Positions 12,963 through 26,336 are shown, numbered from the whole stretch's first letter. The stretch is DNA of 60,677 nucleotides, filler included, from Sluysia triapertura (GCA_046118255.1; 5 parts of 5 records of this genome joined end to end with filler, not necessarily neighbours in it), one strand, 5' to 3'. A program made the numbers and translations. Notes: generated by a model not told the origin, from the sequence alone.

Positions 12963-15085
12963 TCTTGTAATTAAAGTATATGCGAATATGTACTCTTTTC
13001 TTGTAATTAATAACAAAAACTATGAATCTGTAGTCTATTATACTTTTAAAACTTCCGGGATTTTTTCTGAGAAATAGTTTATGTTCTAACTTTCTTATAT
13101 TAATTACCTATAAACCTTATTCACTTCAAAGGTTAATCGCTTTCTTAATATAGATGCTTAATTCTGGAAAAGAACTCTCTTGCATGTAATTCCTAATAGA
13201 TTCACCTCCTTAAATATGTTTACCATCTAGTTTTATTTAAGAATATGAGACTTAATACGATTGAATTTATGTTTCTTTTTATTTAGCTATTTGTTATTAC
13301 TTTATATTTTCAAAAAATCAAATAAAATAATATATTCAACTCGATTGAATTTGGCTTCTTTAATTTAGTAATTAATTTAATATTGCTTGTAGATTCTAAA
13401 GATCACTTAAAATATTACATTTAATTAGATTGAACTTGACTTCGTTAACTTGATAATTACTTTATGAAATTAACTGATTAAAGACACAAAATATATTAAT
13501 AAAGAATGAAAATAAAAATATATTCCAAATAATAATAAAAATGAATCAAAATTATTATTAGAAAATATTTCTAAAATGATAATAAAAGTTTAAAAAAGAT
13601 TTTATGTTTAGCCTAAACTAAACATGATGATTGAGACTTTCAGTCGTAATTTTATATCCCCTAACAGAGATTAAACTTAACATAAAAAGCTTACTGATAG
13701 TTTTAAAATTCTCGATCGCAAATCAAATAAATTCTTTGTTCAGATCACACTGGAATTGGATCTAATTAGAATGACTTAGGTGCCAATAGATTGTACTAAA
13801 TGTCACTGACTTAATTGATTTACCAAATTATTAAACGCTGAAATTTCTTCGACGAGCAGAAGATCAATATTAACACCAACTGATTTGATTTTCCAAGATT
13901 TCTTCAACGAACAGCTTTATATTGCCAAAACACGATTAATTTACTAAGCTGCTTTTAATTCTGGATAACGTATTCCTTTTCAATTGTTTTCAAATTGTGA
14001 CCTCACTTGCTTGCGATTACTTATTTATACCAACAGTAAGTAATGATTAGTAAATAATTATTTTATTTTTAGGTATCCAAATGTTAGATCGCTTAAAACA
14101 TTTTAATAATGTGATTTTTACATTGAATAATAAAGTGATTTACATTGAATATTAATTAATATTTTATTTATTAATAATAAACATTATTTAAATTTTGATA
14201 TTTTATTTATTTTTATTATTCATTTAATTTATTAAAAATATATATTCCATATAATAAATATTATTTTAATTATAAAAATAAATAAAATAATTATGGAAAT
14301 AAAAAATAGATATTTAATAAAATTCAAATTACATTTTGTTTATTCAAATTACTTCATGAAAATGGCGATTATTATAATCAAATCTAATATATAAACAGAT
14401 CGATTTGGAATTAAAAATTAACACAAATTTAAGTTTCAAACTGAATTTTGGTATCAACAATTCTCCAGCAGATCCTTGGATAATAATCTTTTTCCATGCA
14501 GAAGTAATTATCTATTTTAAGTTTTTATACAACCCTAGTTATAACATAATAGGGTTCTTTAAAATATATACTCAAACTCATTTTTATTGATCCTAGACCG
14601 TAAGTGGCTAGGTTAAAATCTTAACCAAAATCCAATTTTTATACGGCTAAGCATTCGGCTTAAATCGGTAAAATCTTTATAATTATTATAAAGTTTATTA
14701 TTATTATCATACTTTCTTGCATTTGTTTATTTTTCATGTATTTAAAATTTTGATTCTATTATTAAACTATTCATAATCTTGGCCAGACCGTAAAAAAGCT
14801 GGTTCAACATATAAAATATTCTAACACATTGTCAGACCGTAAAAAGGCTGACTTAAATTATAACTTTAAAATAATATAGCTTTAATTTTATATAATGGTC
14901 ATAAACAGTTTAGGAAAATGATAGCTTAAAATCGCTGCATAAGCATATACCTTATAGACAAACGATAATCTATTTCTTTTGCAAAAAATCTAATTAGAAC
15001 GTCTTCGTCCAAATATAAAACGTGTCTAATTAGCCGGACTAACCTTCAGAAAACCACAGCATAAAGAAAATTATTTTATTTTTAG

Positions 15086-15391
15086 ATATGAAGAAAATCA
15101 TATGAGGTAATTACTAATATTTAATATTTTTATTTTTAGGAATAATGATTTATTTTCAGAGTCAAATAAGGTGAATTTTAGTTATTTTATTATAAATATT
15201 ATTATTATTAATCATTATTTCTTCTTATAGGTACTACAACACAACACAGCTTGACAATACTCACGCAGATCATGTTTTTATGTTGTGTTTTTCTTACTAA
15301 ATGAGAACTAGCAAATATAATTATTAAACCTCTTTTGGGTTCGCCTGAAGTCAGTGATTTATATACGAAGACACTGCTTCAGGATTTTAAT
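15086..15391 (+). other. Candidate short exons with tiny GT-AG introns, unknown gene or pseudogene
   Basis: tttag|ATATGAAGAAAATCATATGAG|gtaatt...ttttag|GAATAATG...AATAAG|gtgaat...ttatag|GTACTA. Spliced, this gives YEENHMRNNDLFSESNKVLQHNTA*. Introns are ~33 and ~60 nt. Confidence 0.35.
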
Positions 15392-15879
15392 GGTAACATT
15401 AAATTTATAATAATATCTGTAAACTTTTCTCTCACAAAATAAAATTTACTTTGGGTGTTGATATAATCTGAGATTTAAGTTTTTGAAAAACGAAACTTAA
15501 TACGAAAATTTTGCATTTTACATGAGAGCATCTGTATGAAATGCCTTTCGTTGGTATTAATGTTTTTAAAATTTTTTGTTAACTGATGAATCTATACCGA
15601 ATCTACTCACTCGATAACCTTTCAAGTTAATTTATGCTCTTACATTTTATTTAATGAATTAGTAACGAGTTTTTATTTTTGAAAAATCAATATATCCCAT
15701 TATTTTCTAGGTATCCTTATAATTCTTTAATGCTGCAATTACTAAAATCAAGATAATTAGATACAAAAGATCTATATTAATGTTAGGTTGCCATCACAAT
15801 CCTTTAAATTTATCAAAAAAATTAAAAATTTTAAGCCACTTTAAAAATATTTAAATACCTTTAAACAACTTTAAAACAT

Positions 15880-16570
15880 TTATTTTCCAAAAAAGAAAAT
15901 ATGTTTCTAAAATAGAATAGAAGCTTCTAGAATGTTAGAACGTTCTATCGATTTCTATTGGCTGATGACTAGTATATAAACTAGCATCAGCTCAGTAGTT
16001 GGCACAATTTTATTTACGATTAGTACACACAATTTTTACAAATTTTAACAACGTGGTCTTTGTTCGCAATTTATTTGGTTCTAAATTAATCTGCAATTAA
16101 TTATTTGTCAAATTTAATTAATTGTACCAATACCAAGCGAGGATTTCCAACAATTTTTACTGTCGAAGGATCGAGGATATATAATATTTTTTATTCAATT
16201 GGTAAGCTTTATTAATTATAAGTCAGTTTTAATTTTGAATTAAAACTTAAAATCCACGTAAATTCAATTATTAAGGATTTTCACCGCCCCGATCTAGTGA
16301 GGGGAACTTGTAAATTCTAAAATCTAATAGTTAAATTGAAGACCCTCAAAGGTTTCGATTTTAAAATTAATTATTTTAGCATTATTTTTATATATCTATA
16401 TTTGTTATCTAATATAAAATTTTGGTAATATACATTACATTTTTGTTATTTTATTTGGATAGTTCGATTTAATAGACTCTACAATTAGTTATTACACTAT
16501 AAGCTACAGAGGCGTCAACTATTACTTACTGCAGCCGGACCATACTTAATTTTATTTTGCCGTAGGTTTA
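15880..16570 (+). repeat. Dispersed repeat family B
   Basis: 16230-16570 is the reverse complement of 60250-60604 (ccgatctagtgagggga / tccccctcattagatcgg; ttttgccgtag / tacggcaaaa). The 5' part matches 9690-10260. Confidence 0.75.
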
Positions 16571-16599
16571 ATTCATAAGAAAACCACATCAGTCTTAAA

Positions 16600-17030
16600 C
16601 ATTTTAACATTCTCATATTTATCTCTTTTACATTATCTTCATCCTTTAAAACCAATTAAACCCACAATCTCATAACATTCAAACACAATCACATTCAATA
16701 CCATCAAATTACATTAAAAATTAATCCAAAGTATTTTGTTTTTTTATCTCAAAATAATTCAAGCACAATTGCATTCGATATTAACCAACAAACATCTTCA
16801 AAACCGTCCAAACATTCTAAATTCACGATCTTTTATCATTAAATTCTAACAACTAAACATTATTTTCATTCAAAACACTAGGGTACATGTATAATCCATT
16901 TCAAACATCGATGTTATTTCAAAAGAAGTGAAACATAACTTTTCATTACTTAAGTTTACCTTCAGCCAAAAGCATTGCTTCATTTAAAACTATCAAATAA
17001 CATTTAACAGGTAGCAGATAAATTATTTTT
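16600..17030 (+). repeat. Strand-skewed (C/A-rich) repeat family C
   Basis: ccacaatctcataacattcaaac...accatcaaattacattaaaaa...caaacattctaaattca is the reverse complement of 36340-36560. Confidence 0.8.
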
Positions 17031-17243
17031 ACTTGAAATGAGCAAAGAGAATTAAAATTAAAATTACGCATTACTCTGCAACACTTTAAAGTCTTATCCA
17101 GGCTGGTAAATATATAAGAAAAATTAAAGATTCAAGAAAAGATTGTTTCCTCTTTACTTTTAACTTTTAATATATTTAGAAACTCAAGAATAGAAAGAAA
17201 GATCAAGTAATTTTGGTATTTCGAAGACCTTATGTGTTTTTAG

Positions 17244-17245
<2 letters not shown>

Positions 17246-17311
<66 letters not shown>
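17246..17311. repeat. (AAT)n microsatellite
   Basis: About 22 perfect AAT units. Confidence 0.97.
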
Positions 17312-17313
<2 letters not shown>

Positions 17314-17484
17314 TTTTGTTATTATTATCACCATTTTTAATTTTATTTTTATTTTTAATTAAAATATCAAATTATTTCGTAACTACCATTACCAGTGGTG
17401 ACAACATTGATTTACAATGACAGTCAAGGTCATCACTGATAGTGACATGTCAATCATTTCTGCTCAGCTCTTTTATGCGATTAT

Positions 17485-17554
17485 ATTGGTCGTCCAACCA
17501 GAATAAGTATCACTATTGTTTTCATTTGCAATGCCTCTGGTTGGATGACCAATC
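17485..17554. repeat. 18-bp inverted repeat containing CCAAT boxes
   Basis: ATTGGTCGTCCAACCAGA ... TCTGGTTGGATGACCAAT (17/18 match) with a ~34-nt spacer. Confidence 0.85.
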
Positions 17555-17679
17555 AATGAACACACTATTTAACAAATTTTTATTTTTATTTATAACGAAA
17601 AAGATATTTATTCTACATTAAATAATCAATTATTATGGGTACTTCTACGTCTTCATGCATTTCTGACTATGATTGTTCT

Positions 17680-17835
17680 GATAATGATTATAAAAATAAT
17701 GATTATGAACTTAACGATGATAAAAATGTTTATAAACTTAATGATTATAAAAATGATGACTATGAAGCTAACCACGACAAAGATGATTATTACGAAGTTA
17801 ACGATAACAAAGATTCTGATTACGAAGCTAACATG
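17680..17835 (+). repeat. 27-30 bp minisatellite in frame (D/N/Y-rich peptide repeat)
   Basis: Units of GAyTAyGAAgyTAACGATgAyAAArAT give DYELNDDKN / DYEANHDKD / YYEVNDNKD / DYEAN. Confidence 0.7.
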
Positions 17836-19599
17836 ATTGCTAACACAATTCGCCACGGATAATTATGGCATGTGCAAAGAATGGAAGTCAGTTTCGATAC
17901 GCGCAAACAGTGTATGAATTAGAATTCAACAAAAGGACTGAAACAAGTTGTGATCATCACTCACTAAGGGTAGTTGAACTAGAAGACATAGGCAGGATCA
18001 AATGAAATTATATTAAATAAATTTTTATTAAAGAAAAGATAATATTGTATTTTGGTTTTAAAATGATAAATGAACAATTTCTCATAAACTCGAATAATAT
18101 AATTTATGAATTTAATAACAATTTTAATTTCACCAACTATAGAATTAATCGAAACATTAATTCCAGTATGTTTTAAATCCAAATATAACTTGTATTATTG
18201 GTTAACTGTTGTCTTCTGTTTTCTCCTCTTATTATTTTAACGGTGACCTTTTATATCAAGTCGAGATTTTAATGTTTGATAATAAAAATTTCCAAAATAA
18301 GAGCAATTTCTAGAATAAATTCAATAATAAAATTTTTAAAATAAATTCATTAATAAAAAACTGATAAACATTTCTAAAATAAAGCGATTATAAAAAAACT
18401 AATAAAATTACTTTCTAAGGATAGAATAATCATTAAAACAAAATTATATTAACATTACAAAATTATTTATGTTTTACAAAGTAATTTTTTTACACTCTTA
18501 CAATTTATACTAAGATTTTATATATTATAAAAGAAAATAACACACGTGATTTCCTTTTTACAGGTTAATAAATATTTGAATCACACAATATTTAACTAAG
18601 TTAAAAATTTGTACAATTATCGAATACTTTTTAATCAACAAATATCCAAAAACGATAGGATGCTCCCAAATATCTCTGTATTAAAGTGTTGTAGGATAGA
18701 ACGCATTAAACTATGACAAGATACATCAGGAAGTTATTAGATATCACGGTATTGTCTATTATTAAACTCTTTCGTTGTGGCCTTTGTTTTTTAACATCCA
18801 ATGTTATTGAAAATATTGTATAATTATTTTATTTATAGTTACGTTTCTGCATAATTATATTATAAATTTAATTAACATAGCTACTTAGTATACTCAGTTA
18901 TTCATACTATTTTCAATATTCATGTTTAATTCTATATAAAATTTCTATACAAAATTTAGCTTATTGGATTCTTAATAATTCATTACTTGAAGTACCATTA
19001 GTTGGAAATTCATTTATTCAGATGTTAAATTTCATCCAATATTACATTTTTAATAATCATTTCAATGTACTACTTCATGCTAATTATTATTTCATTACTT
19101 TATTACTAATTTACTATTTCATTATTAGTACTTGTAGCGAACTCTACATCTACACACCTTTCACAAACACATTTCATCAAAAATCGACTCTTAAATAAAT
19201 AAAATGTTAAACAAGTTACTCAATACATTCAAAACATAAGCACAAGCACAATTTATATTTACCATGATCTTACAGTTATTGTTATCATAATTGTTATTAT
19301 AATAATGATTACTATTGTTATAACAATCTTTTGATTGTCTTTACAATGATTATTTATCATAATTATACTAATTTTTTAGAATAATGTTCTAGTTATTGTT
19401 ATAATAAATACCATTGATGTTGTAACTATTGCCACGATCATTATTGTTACAATTTCTTTTAATGTTCACTTTTCGTATGCATACACGTATGTTTACTTCT
19501 CTTTCTGTTTGTATGTATGTATATATGTTTTGTCTTATCCACATTTTATTGCTTCTAATATTTTATCACTTTTATCCTATTTTTGCTTTTTCAACTTCA

Positions 19600-21150
19600 T
19601 TTACAAATATTTAGAACACTTTACAAATACAATAGTAGATATATTGATGCTAGATAATCGCTCATTGAATTTTATGGAACAATATTTAGTTAAGATTTCT
19701 AGTAAGTTGGATGAAAGTGACAGATTAAAACTAATTAATGAAACTTTTTCTCCAGGATTGAGAAGACTTGTGCTAGAAATAGTAGAATATCTTCGACAAG
19801 TTTATTCTGATTTAAGTGGCAATCCATAAGGTGCTATACAGTCATTGTGCAAAAAATTGAGGATAGATAATGAAGAAAGTCGGTTTGTATCCATAAATAA
19901 TTCTCGCTTTCTAAAAATGAATTCACAAAATATTAAAGAAAATTATGATTATATGAAAAATTCTACTGAAAGTAGATTAAACATTAATGCAAATTCATGC
20001 ACCGCTTTCAGTCCCGTTTCGTTGATTTAACAGACTATGGTGTTGTAAAACCTGAAGGAGTTTGCCATCAATCATCTAAAGTTGATGATGATACTAATAG
20101 ACATTATAACCAGTAACTATAACATCAAGTAACTACGAAAAAGTAAATATTACGTCAAGAATATATAGCAATAACCAAAAAATAGAAGATGATACAACAT
20201 CAGGACTATGAAATAATGAAATTGCAACATGCAGTACATCAAAAATATATAGTAACCAAAAACAAAGCAGTTCAGCACCAGTCCATTCATTATTTGACAA
20301 TGCTCAATGATCGGTTTGTTAAAAAATTACCCGATTTATTGTGAATCTTTTTCTAATTAACATAATAAAATATAAATATGCTCATTTATATGAAGAAATG
20401 AATTAATACGCATGCTATTATGAATAGTTATTAATATGAATAGCTATTATTTTAATTTTTAATAAATATCAATTTTTATGCAAAAGAATTTGAAAACATT
20501 CCCAAAAGAACCCATTAGAACGAATGTGAAATTATAAAACAAAATAATAAATTAAAAAATTAATAATTTTATATCCAACGTAAAAAAATCGATATTTGAG
20601 ATATACAAAAAATGAATTTGTGATTTAAATCACATTATTTAATTTATGAATTTACTTTTGGATATATTAATGGAAAAAGTTGTATTTTAATCAAAAAATG
20701 CATCTATAACTAAAAATACAGTTTGGAATTTGTTGAAATGTGAAAATATATTTGCTATTTATTTCGGTAGCTTTCAACTGTCAGACAACATATCAGTTGA
20801 ATTTAATGTTGAATTTTTATTTCCTGAAGAACAAGATTTGAGTACTAACTTGGTAGTTGAATTTGATGATAATACTTAATGAAATAATGATTAAAAAATT
20901 AAAGGCACAATTCGTAAAACTTATATTAAAGACGAAGTAGTTTTTATTCAAGATTTGGCTACTGATCCAGAGCAGCAAATTAAGTTGTTTACTAATCCAA
21001 CGATAAATGTGTAAACATTAAAACCTTACCTTAGGGAAATAGAATGGCATTATCAAACTCATATCCTTGATCATATTCCAGAAATAAATGTTAATAAAGC
21101 AATTATGTTTGATAATATAGTTACTATGGTAACGACACATTATGTTTAAC
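19600..21150 (+). pseudogene. Long decayed intronless orphan ORF(s)
   Basis: Frame 19509-20030 is open except for one stop (...DLSGNP*GAIQSLCKK...). 20730-21150 reads LLKCENIFAIYFGSFQLSD...KIKGTIRKTYIKDEVVFIQDLATDPEQQ...LREIEWHYQTHILDHIPEIN with a few stops. No family recognised. Confidence 0.45.
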
Positions 21151-22808
21151 TTCATTGTTATTTTGTATGAAAAAACTTCAAATTCAGAGTTGTTTTATTG
21201 TTAATAATTGTATTATTTATTATAATGCAATAGAAATTTACAAAATTTATATCTTTTCTCACTTTTTGTAATATGATAATTTGCGTAATTTTGACGAACT
21301 TTACAACTTTTACATTTTGTGCACTATTTTATGATAAAGATTTATTTGTTCATAATTGTTATTATCGAAATTTCTATCTTCAACGATTAATTTTATGTTT
21401 TCCATTTTATTGTGTCTGTTTATCAGAAAATGTTTTGACCGTTTAATGCATTATAAAGACAATGTTTCAAATCAACTTGTTTTTCAAATATCAGGTTGTG
21501 ATGAGTTATCACAAAAATATTTTATTCCATTAGTCGTTACGTATGTAGTATTATTATTTTTTGGTTCATGAAGAAGTTTTGCGACCAATACATAGATCTG
21601 AGAGATTGTCATACAATGGTTTACGAAAGTACGTTTTTGAATATATAACTTTACGTTTATTTCTTCATTCATTTGTTTATTATAAAAATTCTCTGTTCAG
21701 ATTGGTTAATTTGTAAAATTAAATTTAAACTGCTTGATAAAGCTTTCTCTAGATTTATTACTATTAATTGTTTCAGTAATTCAAAATACAACACACCCTT
21801 TCAACAGTACTATTTATCATCTTCATATAATAAATTTCAAATATTCGTTTTACTTTTTATTCATTAAGATTTTCAATCTTATTAACATTTTCATTTTTAT
21901 AAAGCTTTTGACACATTTATTTGTTATATTTTCATTAATTAAGGTTATCATACATTGATAGCATTTCAAACATTCAATATTGATTATATGTTTTATACTT
22001 CTTTTCTTCGTTTTATTTAATTAACTTCAATAACAAATGTATTTATATTTTATAAGTTCGATTTTATTTTTCAAGTACGATTTAACACATTTAATGTTTC
22101 TTAATTATTGTTATTTCTCTATGAGCCGAATTTAATTTAGTTTTGTTACGCTTAACAGAAGAAAATAAAATTAGATTTATCAAAAAAGAATTAAAAGAAA
22201 TTATTATCTATAAAAATTAAATAAATTCGGAGTAAAACATTTTAAAGTGATGACAAATACGTTTTCTATGCACATGTTCGTTGAATGAATTAATAGTTTA
22301 GTTCGCATTTTAAATAAAAATATATTTTTCACGTATTTGGACATTTTGACAATTATTGTTGGTTGGTGGAGTTTTAGATCATATTAAACCATATGCGCTA
22401 TTTTTACTAATGTCTACTCACAAATAAAAATGAACTCATTTTCAAGCATATTACTCTTAATGTCATTTGAACGAGCACTAACTAGGTTCGAATCGGGGTT
22501 AATCAATTTTTATTAATGGAGACGAAATAAAATTATTTACTATAATAAATCTCAAGGCCGTCCATTAAGTGCAAAAGCATTCATTGGACATATTTAAGTG
22601 AATTATTGCTTCTACAAGACTCACAGAATGGGATCTGCGTTTTTTCTATAAGATCAATAGTAAGTATTTAAAAGAACTTTAAACAGCGTACGTGAATCGT
22701 AAGCTAGACTTATAGCTAAGTGGGAACTATGATGAGAGTCCATATTTTATGTAAAATAAGAGTCACAAATTAGTTTTGTTAATGTTAGAGTGTTATTTTA
22801 TTATTCAG

Positions 22809-22985
22809 GCACGGAGATCTGGAATAAATACAGTAATAATTCCTCACGATAATCAAAAAGACTTTAATGAATTGTCATCACATATAACTGGTGATCTAAC
22901 GGTGCATTTCGTATCTCATTATACCGATGTGTTTCCGATAGTATTTCCAACTGAAGTTATCTCCTCTGTGTCATTGATATCTTAA
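22809..22985 (+). CDS. LONP1: Mitochondrial Lon protease, terminal coding exon
   Basis: ttcag| ARRSGINTVIIPHDNQKDFNELSSHITGDLTVHFVSHYTDVFPIVFP...* aligns with the LONP1 C-terminus ([47 protein letters not shown]). No C-terminal SKL, which argues against LONP2. Confidence 0.9.
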   Translation, partial: ARRSGINTVIIPHDNQKDFNELSSHITGDLTVHFVSHYTDVFPIVFPTEVISSVSLIS

Positions 22986-23907
22986 TATTTATAGGCTTTT
23001 ATATTACTTGTTAATATAAATGTAAAATTCTGATTGAACCATTTTTATTGTAAAATATTATAACGCGTATTTGGTTTTCGATTTGTAAATTCATTATCGA
23101 AATTCTGAGCAACACCGAACGGTATATATTAACTATAATCAAAATAAAATATAATTAACTATAAACTAAGTAATTAACAAAATTTATGATTCAATAATTT
23201 ACAAGGTCAATAATATAAATTTTTAATTAATTTAAAAATTAATAATTTACACGATTATTTTCTTTTCAATAATCTCAATCTTAAAATTTTTAATTTTATA
23301 TTATTTGAAAACCAATTTTTAAAAGATTTTAAATTACAAATTTAAAAGTTTGAGTCAGTTTTATAAAGCTTAATTAATAAGCAATAAAACTTAAAGGTAG
23401 AAAACGAACGGTTAATATTTCAGTAAAATCAATTAATGTTTTGTCGATATAAACCAAATAATAATTTTCGTTTAATTAGATTAATATGGCAATGATTTGT
23501 AACTCAATTAGTTATTGATGTGAATTCTGAATATTTTTTATAAATTTGATATATATTCTTGAATATATTCGATGCCAATTAGTAATGCAATGTTCACATT
23601 TCTTTTATCGAAATTCAATTTTAAAATACATGATCAACAAGTTATTATTCAGTATTTCTATACTACAGTTATTTGTAGCAATATCGTATGTGAGCAATAG
23701 TAGTTTTGAAATACTGCATGAGCAATTTTTACTAACTTGGCCTTAATTCAATAATGATGTATTATTAATACTAGTAACTTTTAAAGTACTATTTTGATTA
23801 TTATTATTTAACCGTTAGTTTAATCTTTTTTAAATTTAATTTAAATATGAAAATTATATAAAATTAACATAAAAGGCATTTACAAGAAATATAATATTAC
23901 ACCATTA

Positions 23908-23986
23908 TGTTGGGTAAAAGGCCTAAAAAGTGCCAAGTAGTATAATTGAATATATTGAAAATGAAATTGTTAGACGGGGCTGATAG
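23908..23986 (+). mobile_element. tRNA-containing LTR-like repeat, copy 1 (cut by contig end)
   Basis: TGTTGGGTAAAAGGCCTAA...TGTTAGACGGGGCTGATAG is the 5' half of 27536-27691. Confidence 0.85.
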
Positions 23987-24086
23987 NNNNNNNNNNNNNN
24001 NNNNNNNNNNNNNNNNNNNNNNNNNNNNNNTTAATTAATTAANNNNNNNNNNNNNNNNNNNNNNNNNNNNNNNNNNNNNNNNNNNN
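23987..24086. other. Artificial contig spacer
   Basis: N-TTAATTAATTAA-N, 100 bp. Confidence 0.99.
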
Positions 24087-24640
24087 GATGAGAGAGTATA
24101 AAATAAAGATTTTAAAATTTTTACAACACAATAGTAAGATCACACCGCAGCAACGATATCAACGATGACACAATTATGCAATTATCCAGAGAAGATCCAT
24201 GCATAGGGTAAAGTTTACATTTATTCTTTTATTTTATTATATTAAAATAAGATAACTAATAGTTTATATTTTAATTTAATATAAGTTATTAATTTGATCT
24301 TTTTTTGTGTCATTATTAAAATAGTTTTGTGGGAAACGCCCCAAGTAATTTTTGTGAATTATAATATTTGATTTTCAGGTATTATTAAGATACTTTTATA
24401 GACAACACTCTGCCCAATTTATTTTTAAAGTGTTTAGAATTGAATATTTGATTTTCAGCTAAATAAAAGATAATTTTAGAGGAGACACTTTACCCAATTT
24501 ATTTTAAAGTGATTTTAGAGACAACATTTTGCCCAATTTATTTTTTAAGAATATTTTTGTTTAAGATTACTATTCTAAACTTTCTGGATATACAATTCTT
24601 TTTGCTTGTTGCGTCACTCCTGGTTGTTTTGTTTTAATTG
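24087..24640 (+). repeat. Dispersed repeat family A (ATTGG-TATAAA-GATCCATG) with internal tandem repeats
   Basis: gatgagagagtataaaa...gaagatccatgca has inverted homologues at 28365-28440 and 29440-29545; ttgttgcgtcac is inverted at ~29140. Three tandem gacaacacTyTGCCCAATTTATTTT units lie at 24400-24550. Confidence 0.65.
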
Positions 24641-24959
24641 GATTGTAGTGTTCTTTAATTTTATTATAAACATTATTGTCATTTTAGTGATTGTCAGCAT
24701 TTAATAAAGATTTTCGTTAATTATAAATTGTGTTACGAATTTTTGTTTAATATTACATTATCGACTAAGTATTGATTTTTATTGTCAGGTACTTAAATTT
24801 GGGGATAATAGTTAGTGATACTATAATAGAAGATTATTGAAAAATATATTTGATATATTGACTATTTAAATTATTGAGATTCCGTTAAGCAAACCAAGTT
24901 AATATTGAGTCGTAATAGCCAGTAATTTTTAAAGACGCAACATCTTTAATTCAAAAAAG

Positions 24960-25535
24960 GATCCTTGTGTTTATCAATTCAATGTAGATGACGATGCATC
25001 GAATTTTATGTTTTTTAAGCCATCATTGACAATTTCTAATACGATAATGACATCGAACAATCTGCCACAAGTCCTAGGAGAGATAAGGACATTAACCAAA
25101 TATGCGATTTTGTTGATATTGCAAGATTACAATTAGTTCGAGCTTCTTCACAGAATGAGGGTTTCAAGTTAGCTTTAATAAATGAAGACACAATAATAAC
25201 CTCCAAAATTAATTTTCAATGTCCAAGAATGTTATGCAAAAACAAACAATTTGAGAATTCATTCAGTATATTCGTAAATATGAAAACAATCGCATTTGAT
25301 ATCATCGGCCTTTACTCAGTAGTATGCATAAAAAAGCTAAATGATGAAAAATTTTAAGTTATACGTTAATCGATTTTACGCCTCGACAAAAACCTCTACG
25401 ACAAAAATTCGAAGTAATCGACGTAAGTCTTATCAAATTCCATCTTTTCAAAAACTCTGCTTCGATATTATCCTTGACGATGGTCCTTGCTTGTTACGTG
25501 GACCAAAACAATTCAAAAGTAATTTTAACTTTTAA
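24960..25535 (+). pseudogene. Decayed intronless orphan ORF
   Basis: DNDIEQSATSPRRDKDINQICDFVDIARLQLVRASSQNEGFKLALINEDTIITSKINFQCPRMLCKNK..., continuing by frameshift into ORF 25341-25535. Confidence 0.35.
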
Positions 25536-26336
25536 TTTTGATTATGTTATTATTTTTATAAACATATTTATATCTGTTATTGTTCTCTAGGAGTTTTAAA
25601 AGTTCATGGTCGAGATATGCACAAGTAATGACGAACATCAAACAAACTTTGAATTTAAACATAAAATTTTTATAGAATTCAATAAAATATGTGTGATTTT
25701 CTTTCGTTCTTCATGTGTTACTAATGCAAATTTAAATTTAGTTAAAATTATTAAGAATTTGATAAGTTACCAATATTTCATAACCTTAAAAATAAATAAC
25801 ACGATGAATTTTGTTTTTAAAAGTAATTATAACTTAAAATTAATAATTTTAAATAATAAAGTTCATCTTACAATACAACGAAAACAATTTTTATGGAAAA
25901 TGTTTATTTCACATTCAATTATTTTACTAACAACCATAGAATAAATTTTATGCTACTTTTAATAATAGTAATGTTTTTAATGCTTTTATTAATTACAATG
26001 GATATTAAAATAATATTCATGCAAATTGATCATTTCATTTATTTTATACTTTCGTTTTATTCTTTTATGCACTTTATTATTATTACTGTTGCGTCTTTAA
26101 CTGAATTAGTAACAATAACTTAATGAAAAAATCGATTTAGATTGGAAATCTCAATAAATTTAATAAACACAAAATCGAATGCAAATTAGCATATTTTGTT
26201 CTTATTTTAACAATGACACTAATCATTTTATTACTTCTTTATTAATTTTTTATTACTATCAAACCTATTTTAATTTAACACTAGAATGAGACAATTAAAA
26301 TAAAGAGCTTTGGCCACTTTTCACAATTACAGGTTA

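Noticed and set aside
15300-15391. ELANIIIKPLLGSPEVSDLYTKT as an upstream Lon exon
   Set aside because: Similarity to the Lon GKP/Y..TPPG linker is too weak and there is no PPGV motif.
22355-22385. GTTGGTGGAG as the Lon LPVGGIKEK exon
   Set aside because: The surrounding codons do not give LPVGG.KEK in any frame.
24330-24560. CRISPR-like repeat-spacer array
   Set aside because: Only ~3 degenerate units, the spacers are homologous to each other, the context is eukaryotic and there are no cas genes.
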